A stretch of DNA of 64,000 bases from Desulfomonilia bacterium (lineage in GTDB: Bacteria; Desulfobacterota; Desulfomonilia; UBA1062), in NCBI GenBank assembly GCA_050014195.1, contig JBEKDT010000011.1:96001-160000 (forward strand), read 5' to 3'. The translations under genes were made by a program, and so were the position numbers. The notes under the pieces are model-generated. The model saw only the letters and a program-made list of their open reading frames with translations. It was not told where the DNA came from and did not search any database. This document shows positions 18,625 through 27,368 of the stretch, one piece after another; the first letter of the stretch is position 1, and each line of letters opens with the position of its first letter.

Positions 18625-19319
18625 CGCGGCCGTTCCCGCTGCTGGATGCCCGTAAAGACGGCATTGATAGAGAAGCATAAGAACAGCAGGATCACCCCGA
18701 GCGCAATGGCGATGTCGAAGTTGCCCCGTCCTGTTTCCATGACCGTGGCCGTTGTCAGAACCCGCGTATAGCCCTTTATGTTGCCGCCTACCATGATCGA
18801 GGCCCCGACTTCCGAGATGACCCCCCCGAACCCCGCCATCACCGCTGCCAGGAGCGGCAGCCTTGCCTCCTTGATGAGCATCCAGATCATCTGGAACCGC
18901 GTGGCGCCCAGCGAGAGTATCTGGAGCCGCAAGCCTTCCGGGAGCTTCTGGATGGAGGCCAGTGAGATCCCGGCCACAATGGGTGTGGCGATGACGATCT
19001 GGGCGATCACAATGGCAGTGGGAGTATAGAGGAGCTCCAACATCCCGAGCGGACCATTGCGCCATAAGAGGATTGTTACGAAAAGCCCCACCACGACCGG
19101 AGGCATTCCCATGCCGGTATTGATGAGGCTCACGATGAACCTGCGACCTGGGAAGCGGGTCAGGGCCACCAGTGTGCCTGTTGATATGCCGATGGAGAGG
19201 CTTATGAAGGTGGCCAGACCCGAGACCTCGAGCGACAGCCACGTTATCCCGAGCACCTCGCGATCCAATGTGACCAGGAGCCAGATCGCCTTCCTGATGC
19301 CTTCTAAGATCAGATCCAT
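18621..19319 (-). CDS. tupB: Tungstate ABC transporter permease
   Basis: NTGMGMPPVVVGL, GPLG, FGGVISEVGA, GGNIKGYTRVLTT. Confidence 0.9.
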   Translation of the reverse strand: MDLILEGIRKAIWLLVTLDREVLGITWLSLEVSGLATFISLSIGISTGTLVALTRFPGRRFIVSLINTGMGMPPVVVGLFVTILLWRNGPLGMLELLYTPTAIVIAQIVIATPIVAGISLASIQKLPEGLRLQILSLGATRFQMIWMLIKEARLPLLAAVMAGFGGVISEVGASIMVGGNIKGYTRVLTTATVMETGRGNFDIAIALGVILLFLCFSINAVFTGIQQRERPR

Positions 19320-19427
19320 GCACCTACCCCCGTCCCTTCATCACCACCAGTCTCCTCTCCGCTGCTGACTGCTGGAGAATGAATCGCCGTGCATGGCAAG
19401 CCATGCCCGGCTCGAATGACATCGGTC

Positions 19428-20279
19428 CTACTCGAACTCCGGCTTGCCTGCATCCGGGAAGAACAGCGGGCTTCCGTACTTGTCCATGCCGAACTTGGCT
19501 ATGATTTCCTGGACCTCTTTGCCGACCATGAATTCATCGAAGGCCCTGGCGGCATGTATGTTAACCTTTGGCCACTTGGCAGGATTCACCACTATGACGT
19601 GGTAGATGTTCAACAAGACCTTATCTCCCTCCACAAGGATGTCCAGGCCGAGGTTCTTCTTGAGTGACAGGTAGGTCCCTCGGTCAGTCAAGGTATAGGT
19701 CTTCTTCTCAGCCGACACGCTCAGGGTCTGGCCCATGCCGAGCCCGGTCTGCTGGTAGAACTTCTGTCCCTCGGGGTTGATCATGGCAGCCTTCCAGATA
19801 TCCTTCTCCTTGGCATTCGTGCCCGAGTTATCGCCCCGGGACATGAATACGGCACCCTTGGCCGCTATTTGCTTGAAGGCCTCGGCAGCGGATTTCATGC
19901 CCTTGATCCCGGCCGGGTCGGACGGCGGGCCGACAATGACGAAGTCGTTGTGCATGACCAGCATACGGTTAACGCCGTTGCCCTCTGCCATGAACTTCTT
20001 TTCAGCGGCAGGAGAGTGTACGAGCAGGACATCGGCCTCGCCCTTGGCGCCCATGGCCATGGCTTGGCCGGACCCTACGGCAATGGTCTTGACAAAGAAG
20101 CCTGTCTTCTTCTCGAAGAGCGGTGTGAGGACATCCAGCAAACCCGTGTCCTGGGTGCTTGTAGTGGTTGCCAGGATGAGGTTCTTCTGAACCGAGGCCG
20201 CCACTGCCGGGGTGCCCGCGAACACAGCAGCCAGACACAATGCCAAGATCCCTGCATACAAAAGATAACGCATCTTCAT
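19428..20279 (-). CDS. tupA: Tungstate-binding periplasmic protein
   Basis: LATTTSTQDTGLL (TTTS), GSGQA, SRGDNSGT, LTDRGT, C-terminal PLFFP. Confidence 0.92.
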   Translation of the reverse strand: MKMRYLLYAGILALCLAAVFAGTPAVAASVQKNLILATTTSTQDTGLLDVLTPLFEKKTGFFVKTIAVGSGQAMAMGAKGEADVLLVHSPAAEKKFMAEGNGVNRMLVMHNDFVIVGPPSDPAGIKGMKSAAEAFKQIAAKGAVFMSRGDNSGTNAKEKDIWKAAMINPEGQKFYQQTGLGMGQTLSVSAEKKTYTLTDRGTYLSLKKNLGLDILVEGDKVLLNIYHVIVVNPAKWPKVNIHAARAFDEFMVGKEVQEIIAKFGMDKYGSPLFFPDAGKPEFE

Positions 20280-20306
20280 GATATACTCCTCTCACATGGA
20301 TTGTCC

Positions 20307-20454
20307 TTACTGATTCTTGTGCTTCTCTTTCCAAGCCCTGGATTCGGGGAAGAACAGCGGCATGCCGTATGTGCCCTTGCCGAAAGTCTCAATGATCTTC
20401 TGTCCCTTGTCCGGATCTACGAGCCAGCTCACAAAGGCCATGGCTTCGTTATTG
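20307..20454 (-). pseudogene. C-terminal remnant of a second tupA
   Basis: EAMAFVSWLVDPDKGQKIIETFGKGTYGMPLFFPES aligns with the tail of the intact TupA, AARAFDEFMVGKEVQEIIAKFGMDKYGSPLFFPD. Confidence 0.75.
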
Positions 20455-21375
20455 TTACCCAATCGGATACATAACCTTTCCCGTCTCACGGTCGTTGTAT
20501 CCTTTCATTACCTTCAGCAGATTTCTAAACGGTTCCGACCTAATGAACTCGACAAATGCCTGGACATTTTTATCGAAAAATATCTCTTTCTTTACGACCA
20601 TGTCGAATCGCTCTTCAAAGACAGGGAAGAATACGAGGCGCGATCCCACGGATACCGATTCAGATGCAATGCCCACATCCGATTGGCCTGTTGTAACGGA
20701 TCTCACCACGTCATAGTGTGTGAATACCTGAGTATCATATCCTGCAAGGTCTGTGGGCTCTATCCCTTCAGCCGTGATGAGATGCTCTACAAGAGCCCTG
20801 ACACCCGAGCCTTCCTGTCGGTTGATAAAACGAAGCCCATGATCAACACACTCTTGAAAGGATTGTATGGCAACATCTCTCGATACAAATCCCAGGGTCC
20901 TGTGAAAGAGGTTGATCACTACCAGATCATCGGGATCATGAAAATACTCACGTATACAGGGAAAGTTGAAGTCTTCTTGCACATGATCATAGAGATGGCT
21001 CACCGCAATAGTGCAGAAGCCGTCTTTCAGGAGCCTGATCCCTTCCCTGCTCCCAACGATCGAAGAGAACATGAGGTATTCCGGATACATCTTGTGGAAA
21101 TGTCCCTGGGCTATGGGGATGACCGGATCGTCTGAACCGCACACAAGAAGCACCTTCTTGTTGACGAGCGATTCCCAGAAGGATCCCCTGACCGCCTCCC
21201 GGGCCTTGCCCTTAATAAACTCTTCCAACTCGGACTTTGGGAAAAGCCACTTGCCCGTAACCTTGGTGCCGGGAAGCTTGCCATCCTTCACAAGGGCATA
21301 AAGCTTCTTTTCATTGATGTTGAGAAGATCTGATGCCTCTTTAACAGTTAATAAATCCTTTGTTTCGCAGCTCAT
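20455..21375 (-). CDS. Excisionase-type HTH plus PBP-like regulator (TaoR-like, tungstate/molybdate-responsive)
   Basis: LLTVKEASDLL...PGTKVTGKWLF HTH; GSDD, GSREG, INRQEGSGVR and EERFDM PBP motifs; heads the tup operon. Confidence 0.85.
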   Translation of the reverse strand: MSCETKDLLTVKEASDLLNINEKKLYALVKDGKLPGTKVTGKWLFPKSELEEFIKGKAREAVRGSFWESLVNKKVLLVCGSDDPVIPIAQGHFHKMYPEYLMFSSIVGSREGIRLLKDGFCTIAVSHLYDHVQEDFNFPCIREYFHDPDDLVVINLFHRTLGFVSRDVAIQSFQECVDHGLRFINRQEGSGVRALVEHLITAEGIEPTDLAGYDTQVFTHYDVVRSVTTGQSDVGIASESVSVGSRLVFFPVFEERFDMVVKKEIFFDKNVQAFVEFIRSEPFRNLLKVMKGYNDRETGKVMYPIG

Positions 21376-21390
21376 TTTATATTCCTGGAA

Positions 21391-21412
21391 ATGGATTACC
21401 ATTGATTACCAT
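21391..21412 (-). promoter_or_regulatory. 10-bp direct repeat, candidate operator of the HTH-PBP regulator
   Basis: Plus strand ATGGATTACC ATTGATTACC AT, 16 nt upstream of the regulator ATG. Confidence 0.5.
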
Positions 21413-21566
21413 AAATCATACGAGTGATCCATGCCTCTGTCACGAACAGTTCATTCATCCGGCACAGAGAAACGATATATTCGAACAGGGGGTAATTATG
21501 AATGACCTTGACCCTGGAATGACGATCATCCTTGTATGAGTCGGATGCACAACACAATATGATTTC

Positions 21567-21616
21567 GGCCTGACCCGGTCCGACAAGGACAGCCCTTATC
21601 GGTACCGGGACAGGCC
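21567..21616. terminator. Long imperfect GC-rich hairpin after the KAEKEP-repeat gene
   Basis: GGCCTG-A-CCCGGT-CCGACAAGG / CCTTATCGG-T-ACCGGG-A-CAGGCC. Confidence 0.5.
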
Positions 21617-21643
21617 TGGCATGGGCAAGTACTGACTATATGG

Positions 21644-22231
21644 TTATGATTCCGAAGGAGTCTCTTTGGGCTCTGCCTTGGCTGCTTCAGGTTCAGCCTT
21701 GGGTTCTTTTGTCTTGGGCTTCTTCTCGGCCTTGGGTTCCTTCTCGGCCTTTGGCTCTTTCTCAGCCTTGGGTTCCTTCTCGGCCTTTGGCTCTTTCTCG
21801 GCCTTGGGTTCCTTCTCGGCCTTTGGCTCTTTCTCGGCCTTGGGTTCCTTCTCGGCCTTGGGTTCCTTCTCGGCCTTTGGCGCCTTTTCGGCCTTGGGCT
21901 CTTTCGGTCCCTTTTCTGCCTTGGCCTTCTTTTCCTTCTTCGGGGCCTGGGCCTCTGAGAGCTCTTTCTTTGTCTTTTCCTTTATTACCGGGGCCGCCTT
22001 TTTTTCCTCTTTAATCGTGGCCATTTCCTTGATCTTTTCATCTTTGGCGATGATCGCCCTGATCCTGGATGCAGTTTCCTTGATCTTGGCCTTGATCTTG
22101 CGGACCACGGTGTCCTTATCGATCCGACTATCGCTTGTGCCATTGCCCTTCAGGACATCAAGGCGCTGTTTCAGCTTGAGCTCCCAGTGCGCCTTCTGAT
22201 CTTCCCTAACTTTCATCAACTTGGACGCCAT
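21644..22231 (-). CDS. Highly charged protein with KAEKEP tandem repeats
   Basis: RBS GGAG before MASKLMK; helical basic N-terminus; low-complexity K/E/P/A C-terminus. Confidence 0.75.
   Translation of the reverse strand: MASKLMKVREDQKAHWELKLKQRLDVLKGNGTSDSRIDKDTVVRKIKAKIKETASRIRAIIAKDEKIKEMATIKEEKKAAPVIKEKTKKELSEAQAPKKEKKAKAEKGPKEPKAEKAPKAEKEPKAEKEPKAEKEPKAEKEPKAEKEPKAEKEPKAEKEPKAEKEPKAEKKPKTKEPKAEPEAAKAEPKETPSES
21716..21895 (-). repeat. 18-bp coding tandem repeat x10 (KAEKEP)
   Basis: Units GGGTTCCTTCTCGGCCTT and TGGCTCTTTCTCGGCCTT alternate, giving a 36-bp higher-order unit. Confidence 0.95.
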
Positions 22232-22453
22232 TGCTACTCCTTTCACCTGATATCGTGTGCCGCCCCGGCTTAAAAAGCATACCCCCGCCAAGGTTGGCAA
22301 GGGTTTCCTGTGTAGCATAGATTGAATGCCATTTCTAGAGAGAAGAAGGTTGTGACGGTTGATAAAGTGATTGGAAAACTATTTTTCCTTGGACTGCACC
22401 TATATACCATCTTATCTGTGTCCCGCACCGCGAGCAGGAGTGCATCCATGGCA

Positions 22454-23158
22454 TCAACCCTGTTTTATTTTTTGGGCTTTAGATCTCCTTGACTCTACTC
22501 TGCGATACATGGCAGGGATCAATGCAAAAAGGCCAAGCAATGCAAGGGAGACGAGAACCCGCATGCTCGCAACCTGGCTAATGCTCTCTATGGATGCCAA
22601 GCTTGCCCCGGCATTGGCATAGATAAAGCTCCCGGGCAGGATGCCTATCATGGTCCCTATGAGGTATGTCTTTATTGAAAGACCCGTAACCCCGCAGGCG
22701 AGATTCACAAGGAAGAAGGGAAAGAGCGGCACGAGTCTTAAGAACAATAGGTAGGATAGTCCGTTCTCATTGAGTCCGTTATCGAGTGAAAGCATTCTTT
22801 GGCCGAATTGCTTCAAAACCCAGTCCCTTAACAATGTGCGGGCCAGAAGAAAGGCCAGCAAGGCACCTGTGGTTGCTCCGATATTGACCCAGATGGTCCC
22901 CATTACGGCACCGAATATGGCGCCTCCCGCCAGGGTCAGGATAGCGGCCCCGGGAAGGGATAGTGCGGTCTGTGTGGTATATATGAGGATGAACCCTATG
23001 ATAAAGGGCGTTCTGTGGGTCTGATAGGTAAGCATCAGGGTCTGTCTGTTTTCCTTGAGGCTTTTGAGGGTCAGAAAACGCTGGAGATCAAATGAGTAAA
23101 AGATCGCAATGGCCCCTATCAATATAAGGGATATCAGAATCTTTTTCTTCATGTCCAT
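22454..23158 (-). CDS. TVP38/TMEM64 (DedA superfamily) membrane protein
   Basis: LSLPGAAILTLAGGAIFG, FLRLVPLFPFFLVN; start approximate. Confidence 0.88.
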   Translation of the reverse strand: MDMKKKILISLILIGAIAIFYSFDLQRFLTLKSLKENRQTLMLTYQTHRTPFIIGFILIYTTQTALSLPGAAILTLAGGAIFGAVMGTIWVNIGATTGALLAFLLARTLLRDWVLKQFGQRMLSLDNGLNENGLSYLLFLRLVPLFPFFLVNLACGVTGLSIKTYLIGTMIGILPGSFIYANAGASLASIESISQVASMRVLVSLALLGLFALIPAMYRRVESRRSKAQKIKQG

Positions 23159-23338
23159 TACCATAGGCTCGCCAGGGCTTCTAAACAAGCTTAAGCTTTC
23201 TTATCATCAACTCCATGCCTCGGGAAAAATAAAAGAACTCTACTTGAATTCATTATTTCCGGACTTAGTATATTCAATGACCATGACGTCTCACTTGTTG
23301 GATCGTTGGTCATCGAATAATGCAAAGGGGGAATACGC

Positions 23339-23950
23339 ATGAAGGCGCTGGTTTTATTCTATTCCATGTACGGACATATCTACCAGATGGCGCAGGCCGC
23401 TGTGAAAGGCGCACAAGAGGTGGCAGGGGCGGTGGTGGACTTGAAACAGGTGCCGGAGACTCTGAGCGATGAGGTGCTTGGAAAGATGGGTGCCCTGGAG
23501 GCCCGCAAGGCATTTGCCCATATCCCGGTCTGCACGGTCGGCGAGCTCGCCTCCTATGATGCCATCATCTTCGGAGCCCCGACGAGATACGGCAATATGT
23601 GCGGCCAGATGAGGCAGTTCCTCGATGCAACAGGCCAGCTCTGGTCAAAGAACGCACTGGTGGGAAAGGTAGGAAGCGTATTCACGAGCTCGGCTACCCA
23701 ACATGGCGGCCAGGAATCGACTATCCTGAGTTTTCACACAACCCTGCTCCACCTCGGGATGATTATCGTGGGACTGCCATATAGCTTTGATCTGCAAATG
23801 GATATCCATGAGATCACCGGGTGTTCACCCTACGGTGCATCAACTATTGCAGGCGGTGACGGCAGCAGAATGCCGAGCACGCACGAGCTCACCGGGGCAC
23901 GCTACCAGGGGAAGCATGTAGCAACGATTGCTGCAAAGCTCTTCGGATAA
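23339..23950 (+). CDS. wrbA: NAD(P)H:quinone oxidoreductase, type IV
   Basis: [37 protein letters not shown]. Confidence 0.95.
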   Translation: MKALVLFYSMYGHIYQMAQAAVKGAQEVAGAVVDLKQVPETLSDEVLGKMGALEARKAFAHIPVCTVGELASYDAIIFGAPTRYGNMCGQMRQFLDATGQLWSKNALVGKVGSVFTSSATQHGGQESTILSFHTTLLHLGMIIVGLPYSFDLQMDIHEITGCSPYGASTIAGGDGSRMPSTHELTGARYQGKHVATIAAKLFG

Positions 23951-23967
23951 TCATATCAACCCATACC

Positions 23968-23989
23968 GCCCCCTTTTTCATAAGGGGGC
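23968..23989 (+). terminator. Hairpin after wrbA
   Basis: GCCCCCTT...AAGGGGGC. Confidence 0.5.
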
Positions 23990-24162
23990 TCTCACTCTCC
24001 TGGTGCATACAAACAACCATTGTACTGAATCGATAGAGAAGAGTACGGAACGTGCCCCCTCTTTATTGGGAGATCTTGGCAGAAGATCATCAGTTTCTCA
24101 GAACTTGTGGAACCAATCATTTATCGCAGGAATCAACACTCTTGAGTTTACTTAGGATGAAA

Positions 24163-24199
24163 TAAAAAGCAGGGCCTGAGATTGACCCTGCTTTTATCA
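24163..24199. terminator. Bidirectional terminator-like hairpin
   Basis: AAAAGCAGGG...CCCTGCTTTT between convergent genes; coordinates approximate. Confidence 0.7.
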
Positions 24200-24215
24200 T
24201 TTTAAAAATGAAAAG

Positions 24216-24884
24216 TTATCCTTTCAGCTTCTTTCTGAGCCCTGCCAGCCCAACCAAGCCAGAGCTAAGAAGCAGCATGGTGGCGGGTTCAGGGACTGGC
24301 GAATTCGCATTGGCATTGATCGTGAGATTGTTGTCGGGGTTAAAGTTACTGAAGCCAAAAAGGTAGAGATCATCGCCAGTGTTTGGCTGAGGGAATGATC
24401 CACCCAACACAACCGAGTTGCCCTCATTGGCCTGTAACCATGACAGTCCTGCGTTATTGAGCGAAATCGCGAGCCACGAATTGGCGTCGCCCGTTCCGAC
24501 TGAGATCGAACCGATCGCTGGTCCTGAAGTGAGAGCGTTGTACATTGCAACATTGCCCGTGTTATCATTTTCAACCGACGTGTTCAAAGACGTTCCGTAG
24601 ATGGTGTAAGTGCCGGGTACCGATATGCCATACGAGTACACGTTAAACGTAGCAGCCGACACGGGTCCGGAAAATCCACTCAGGCCGAACACAAAGAAGT
24701 CATTTAACTGTGGGCCAAAATGGCTCCCCGAGTAATAGTTTTCATTACTGTAGGAATGGTTGCCGCTGTCGTCATACCAGCCTGAATAGCTGTTGTTGAT
24801 CACGACAGAGGCATTCGCCTGTCCGGCCCATCCAATACAAATGATTGTGCAAAAAATGACTGTGCTTAAGAATATCTTCTTCAT
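24216..24884 (-). CDS. PEP-CTERM sorting-domain protein
   Basis: Signal peptide ending ANA; C-terminal VPEPATMLLLSSGLVGLAGLRKKLK; RBS GAGGAGG. Confidence 0.93.
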   Translation of the reverse strand: MKKIFLSTVIFCTIICIGWAGQANASVVINNSYSGWYDDSGNHSYSNENYYSGSHFGPQLNDFFVFGLSGFSGPVSAATFNVYSYGISVPGTYTIYGTSLNTSVENDNTGNVAMYNALTSGPAIGSISVGTGDANSWLAISLNNAGLSWLQANEGNSVVLGGSFPQPNTGDDLYLFGFSNFNPDNNLTINANANSPVPEPATMLLLSSGLVGLAGLRKKLKG

Positions 24885-24938
24885 ACTCACCTCCTCTATA
24901 ATTATTTTTCTTAAAAAACCAAGACGTTTTAAAATAAA

Positions 24939-24953
24939 GCAACTTTCATTCCA
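24939..24953 (-). promoter_or_regulatory. sigma54 (-24/-12) promoter
   Basis: Minus strand TGGAATGAAAGTTGC (GG-N10-GC). Confidence 0.65.
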
Positions 24954-25015
24954 AATATACAAGTAATATAATTTATTGATGATTAAGTTTCATCATTTTA
25001 AAGAGAAACCAAAAG

Positions 25016-25146
25016 TGTAAGAGTTTCCGACATAACTCTAAAACAATCTCGTTTATTCATCGAAGGATCGAAACAAATTTAAAAAGCAATTTCAGTGAGT
25101 TGTGAAATAGAAACAAGCAAAATGAAATATGTAAAGAAAACCGACA
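25016..25146. promoter_or_regulatory. Two enhancer-binding-protein sites (PrsR-type TGT-N11-ACA)
   Basis: TGTAAGAGTTTCCGACA (25016-25032) and TGTAAAGAAAACCGACA (25130-25146). Confidence 0.65.
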
Positions 25147-25521
25147 ATTTTCAATGACTTGACAATATCTGAAATTATGGCTTGGAACCGTAATAATTTG
25201 TGACAAATAAAATATTTTTGTTATTACCGCTGAAATCCTGCATCTCCGCCGATATTGACAATTTGTGAACTACAGGTAGTTATACTATTTTATCACAAGT
25301 ACGCTTAACCTGGAAGAACTATATTTAAAGCCAATGAACTGATGATCACGTGCCAAAATCGTCGCTTTGGCCATATTGATGATTTCTGCAATAAATCATC
25401 AGTTGGAAAAAGTATACCTGTGGTGTCCTTGGGCTTAAACAGATAGATAGTGTTCTTTCCGGACTGAACCGGTCCGGTTATGATGGATGAGCAGACATTA
25501 TCAGATTTGTTGACAATTGAA

Positions 25522-26523
25522 TTATCCCCTGAGCCTCTTCTTGAGCTCTTTGACGAGTGCGAGACAGACCTGGTTCGCGTCCGCCGTGATGGCCACATCC
25601 GCCATCTTCATCATGGCGGCATTGGGATTCTTGTTGACTGCAATGATGAACCCGGCATCGATGATGCCTGCAGTATGCTGGATTGCACCGCTAATACCGA
25701 AGGAAAAAAGGACTTTGGGCCTGATATGCTTGTCGGCCTGGCCCACAAGCGCTTCATCGTCCGCCCACTTGGAATAAACAACAGGCCTGGTGGCCCCCAC
25801 CTCGCCGCCCAGGAGCCGTGCAAGCTCATAGAGGTTTCTGAATTTGTTCTTCCCGGCCATGCCTCTGCCGCCGCAGACCACCACTGCTGCATCCTCGAGC
25901 TTCTGGATGGTGGGAGGCTTGCGCTCTGAGCTGATGAGGCGGACACGGTCCCTGGGAAGGTCGTCGGGAAGCGGGATCATGACAACCTCCCCTGTCGCTT
26001 GGTAATTATGGGGGATCTCCTGGAAGATACCGGGTCTCACGGTTGCCATCTGGGGCCGTTTCTCGGGTGTGATTATCCTGGCGAGAAGATTCCCGCCAAA
26101 GGCAGGTGCCGTCTGTACAAGCAGCCCATCCTTGTTGATATCCAAGCCCACACAATCGGCGGTCAGCCCTGTACCAAGACGCTTTGCAACCCTGGGTGCG
26201 AACTCCCTGCCGAACGTCGTGGCCCCCACCAGGATGATCTCCGGAGTGTATTCCCTGGCCAGACGCTCCATAAGCGTGACATAGAGATCTGTGGAATAGT
26301 CCTTCAGGGACTCGTCTTCCACCACATAAATCTTCTTTGCGCCATGGGCGATGTATTCTCCCACCCATTCGTCAACCTGATGGCCGAATACGGTTGCGCA
26401 CACGGATGCGTGTAATTGGGCGGCAAGGTCGGTGGCCCTTGAAAGGAGCTGCAGGGTAACCCGGTTCTGGAAATAATTACGGTAGTCTCCGAATACCCAG
26501 ATCTCCGGTACACGCTCTTCCAT
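25522..26523 (-). CDS. etfA: Electron transfer flavoprotein alpha subunit
   Basis: TGLTADC, PAFGGN, PQMATVRPG, GGRG, GISGAIQH. Confidence 0.93.
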   Translation of the reverse strand: MEERVPEIWVFGDYRNYFQNRVTLQLLSRATDLAAQLHASVCATVFGHQVDEWVGEYIAHGAKKIYVVEDESLKDYSTDLYVTLMERLAREYTPEIILVGATTFGREFAPRVAKRLGTGLTADCVGLDINKDGLLVQTAPAFGGNLLARIITPEKRPQMATVRPGIFQEIPHNYQATGEVVMIPLPDDLPRDRVRLISSERKPPTIQKLEDAAVVVCGGRGMAGKNKFRNLYELARLLGGEVGATRPVVYSKWADDEALVGQADKHIRPKVLFSFGISGAIQHTAGIIDAGFIIAVNKNPNAAMMKMADVAITADANQVCLALVKELKKRLRG

Positions 26524-26530
26524 GGTATGC

Positions 26531-27361
26531 TTAGCCTTCCCTCTTCAAATCTTTCTTGATGACACCACCTATCCTGGATTCAAAGCGATCGAAGAGCTCC
26601 TCAACAATCTTCTTCGGAGCCCCTTTTAACACGATGTTTTCCTTTTCTGCCCTGGGGGCATATACATCAATGATCCTGGTGGGAGAACCATTGATGCCTA
26701 TGGAGGCCGGATCCAGAGCCAGGTCGGATGCGCTCACCGTGAGGATGTTGTGATCTTCGAAGGCGTCCTGCAAACCGGAAAGTGTCACGTATCGCGGCTG
26801 GAAATGCTGGGTGTTCACCGTTACCAGACAGGGCAGGTCAGCCTCCAGGGTCTCAAGAAAGTTGTCGGATAACCGTTTGATCCGTATGGTATTGTCCTTC
26901 AGGTCCATGCTGTCGACGTATGTCAGCACGGGGATATCCAACTCTTCAGCCAGCTGGGGCCCTACCTGGGCTGTCTCGCTGTCCGTCGTATGGCATCCGG
27001 TCAGGATAAGGTCGAAATCAGGGCTGAAAATCTCAATTGCTTTTGCCAGGGTATAGGATGTGACAAGGGTATCCGCTCCTGCCATGGCCGGGTCCGAAAG
27101 CATGAGGCAACGGTCTGCGCCCATGGCAATGGCCTCTCTCAGGATCTCTTCAGCCATGGGCGGCCCCATGGTGATGGCGGCGACATTCCCGCCATAGCGG
27201 CTTTTCAAGGTAAGTGCGGCTTCAAGGGCGTGTTTGCATGCGGGGTTCATCATGCCGTCGGCAAGTTCCCGCTTTAACGTTCCGGTCTTCGCATCCCAGG
27301 GCAGCTCGCTCGCCATGGGAACCTGCTTGATGCATACGATCATCCTAATCATGGTGTGCAT
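26531..27361 (-). CDS. etfB: Electron transfer flavoprotein beta subunit
   Basis: VCIKQVP, TMGPP, AMGAD, GADTLVT, TAQVGP, GSPT. Confidence 0.93.
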   Translation of the reverse strand: MHTMIRMIVCIKQVPMASELPWDAKTGTLKRELADGMMNPACKHALEAALTLKSRYGGNVAAITMGPPMAEEILREAIAMGADRCLMLSDPAMAGADTLVTSYTLAKAIEIFSPDFDLILTGCHTTDSETAQVGPQLAEELDIPVLTYVDSMDLKDNTIRIKRLSDNFLETLEADLPCLVTVNTQHFQPRYVTLSGLQDAFEDHNILTVSASDLALDPASIGINGSPTRIIDVYAPRAEKENIVLKGAPKKIVEELFDRFESRIGGVIKKDLKREG

Positions 27362-27368
27362 CCTTGTT

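Noticed and set aside
17536-19323. 595-aa ORF suggesting an N-terminally extended ABC ATPase
   Set aside because: The first ~230 codons are an alternate frame over tupB; the real start is ATG 18624, coupled to the tupB stop.
21420-21640. Moco/Wco riboswitch upstream of the tup operon
   Set aside because: Only one long hairpin is evident and I could not match the multi-stem Moco RNA consensus; an Infernal search would settle it.
21640-22199. Antisense repeat ORFs (SALGSF and WVPSRP repeats), and a possible CRISPR array
   Set aside because: They mirror the KAEKEP coding repeat. The units are contiguous with no unique spacers, and there are no cas genes.
25305-25598. Short ORFs 25305..25598, 30036..30236, 30106..30348 and 30371..30586
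   Set aside because: No recognisable motifs; they overlap real genes or lie in AT-rich regulatory DNA.
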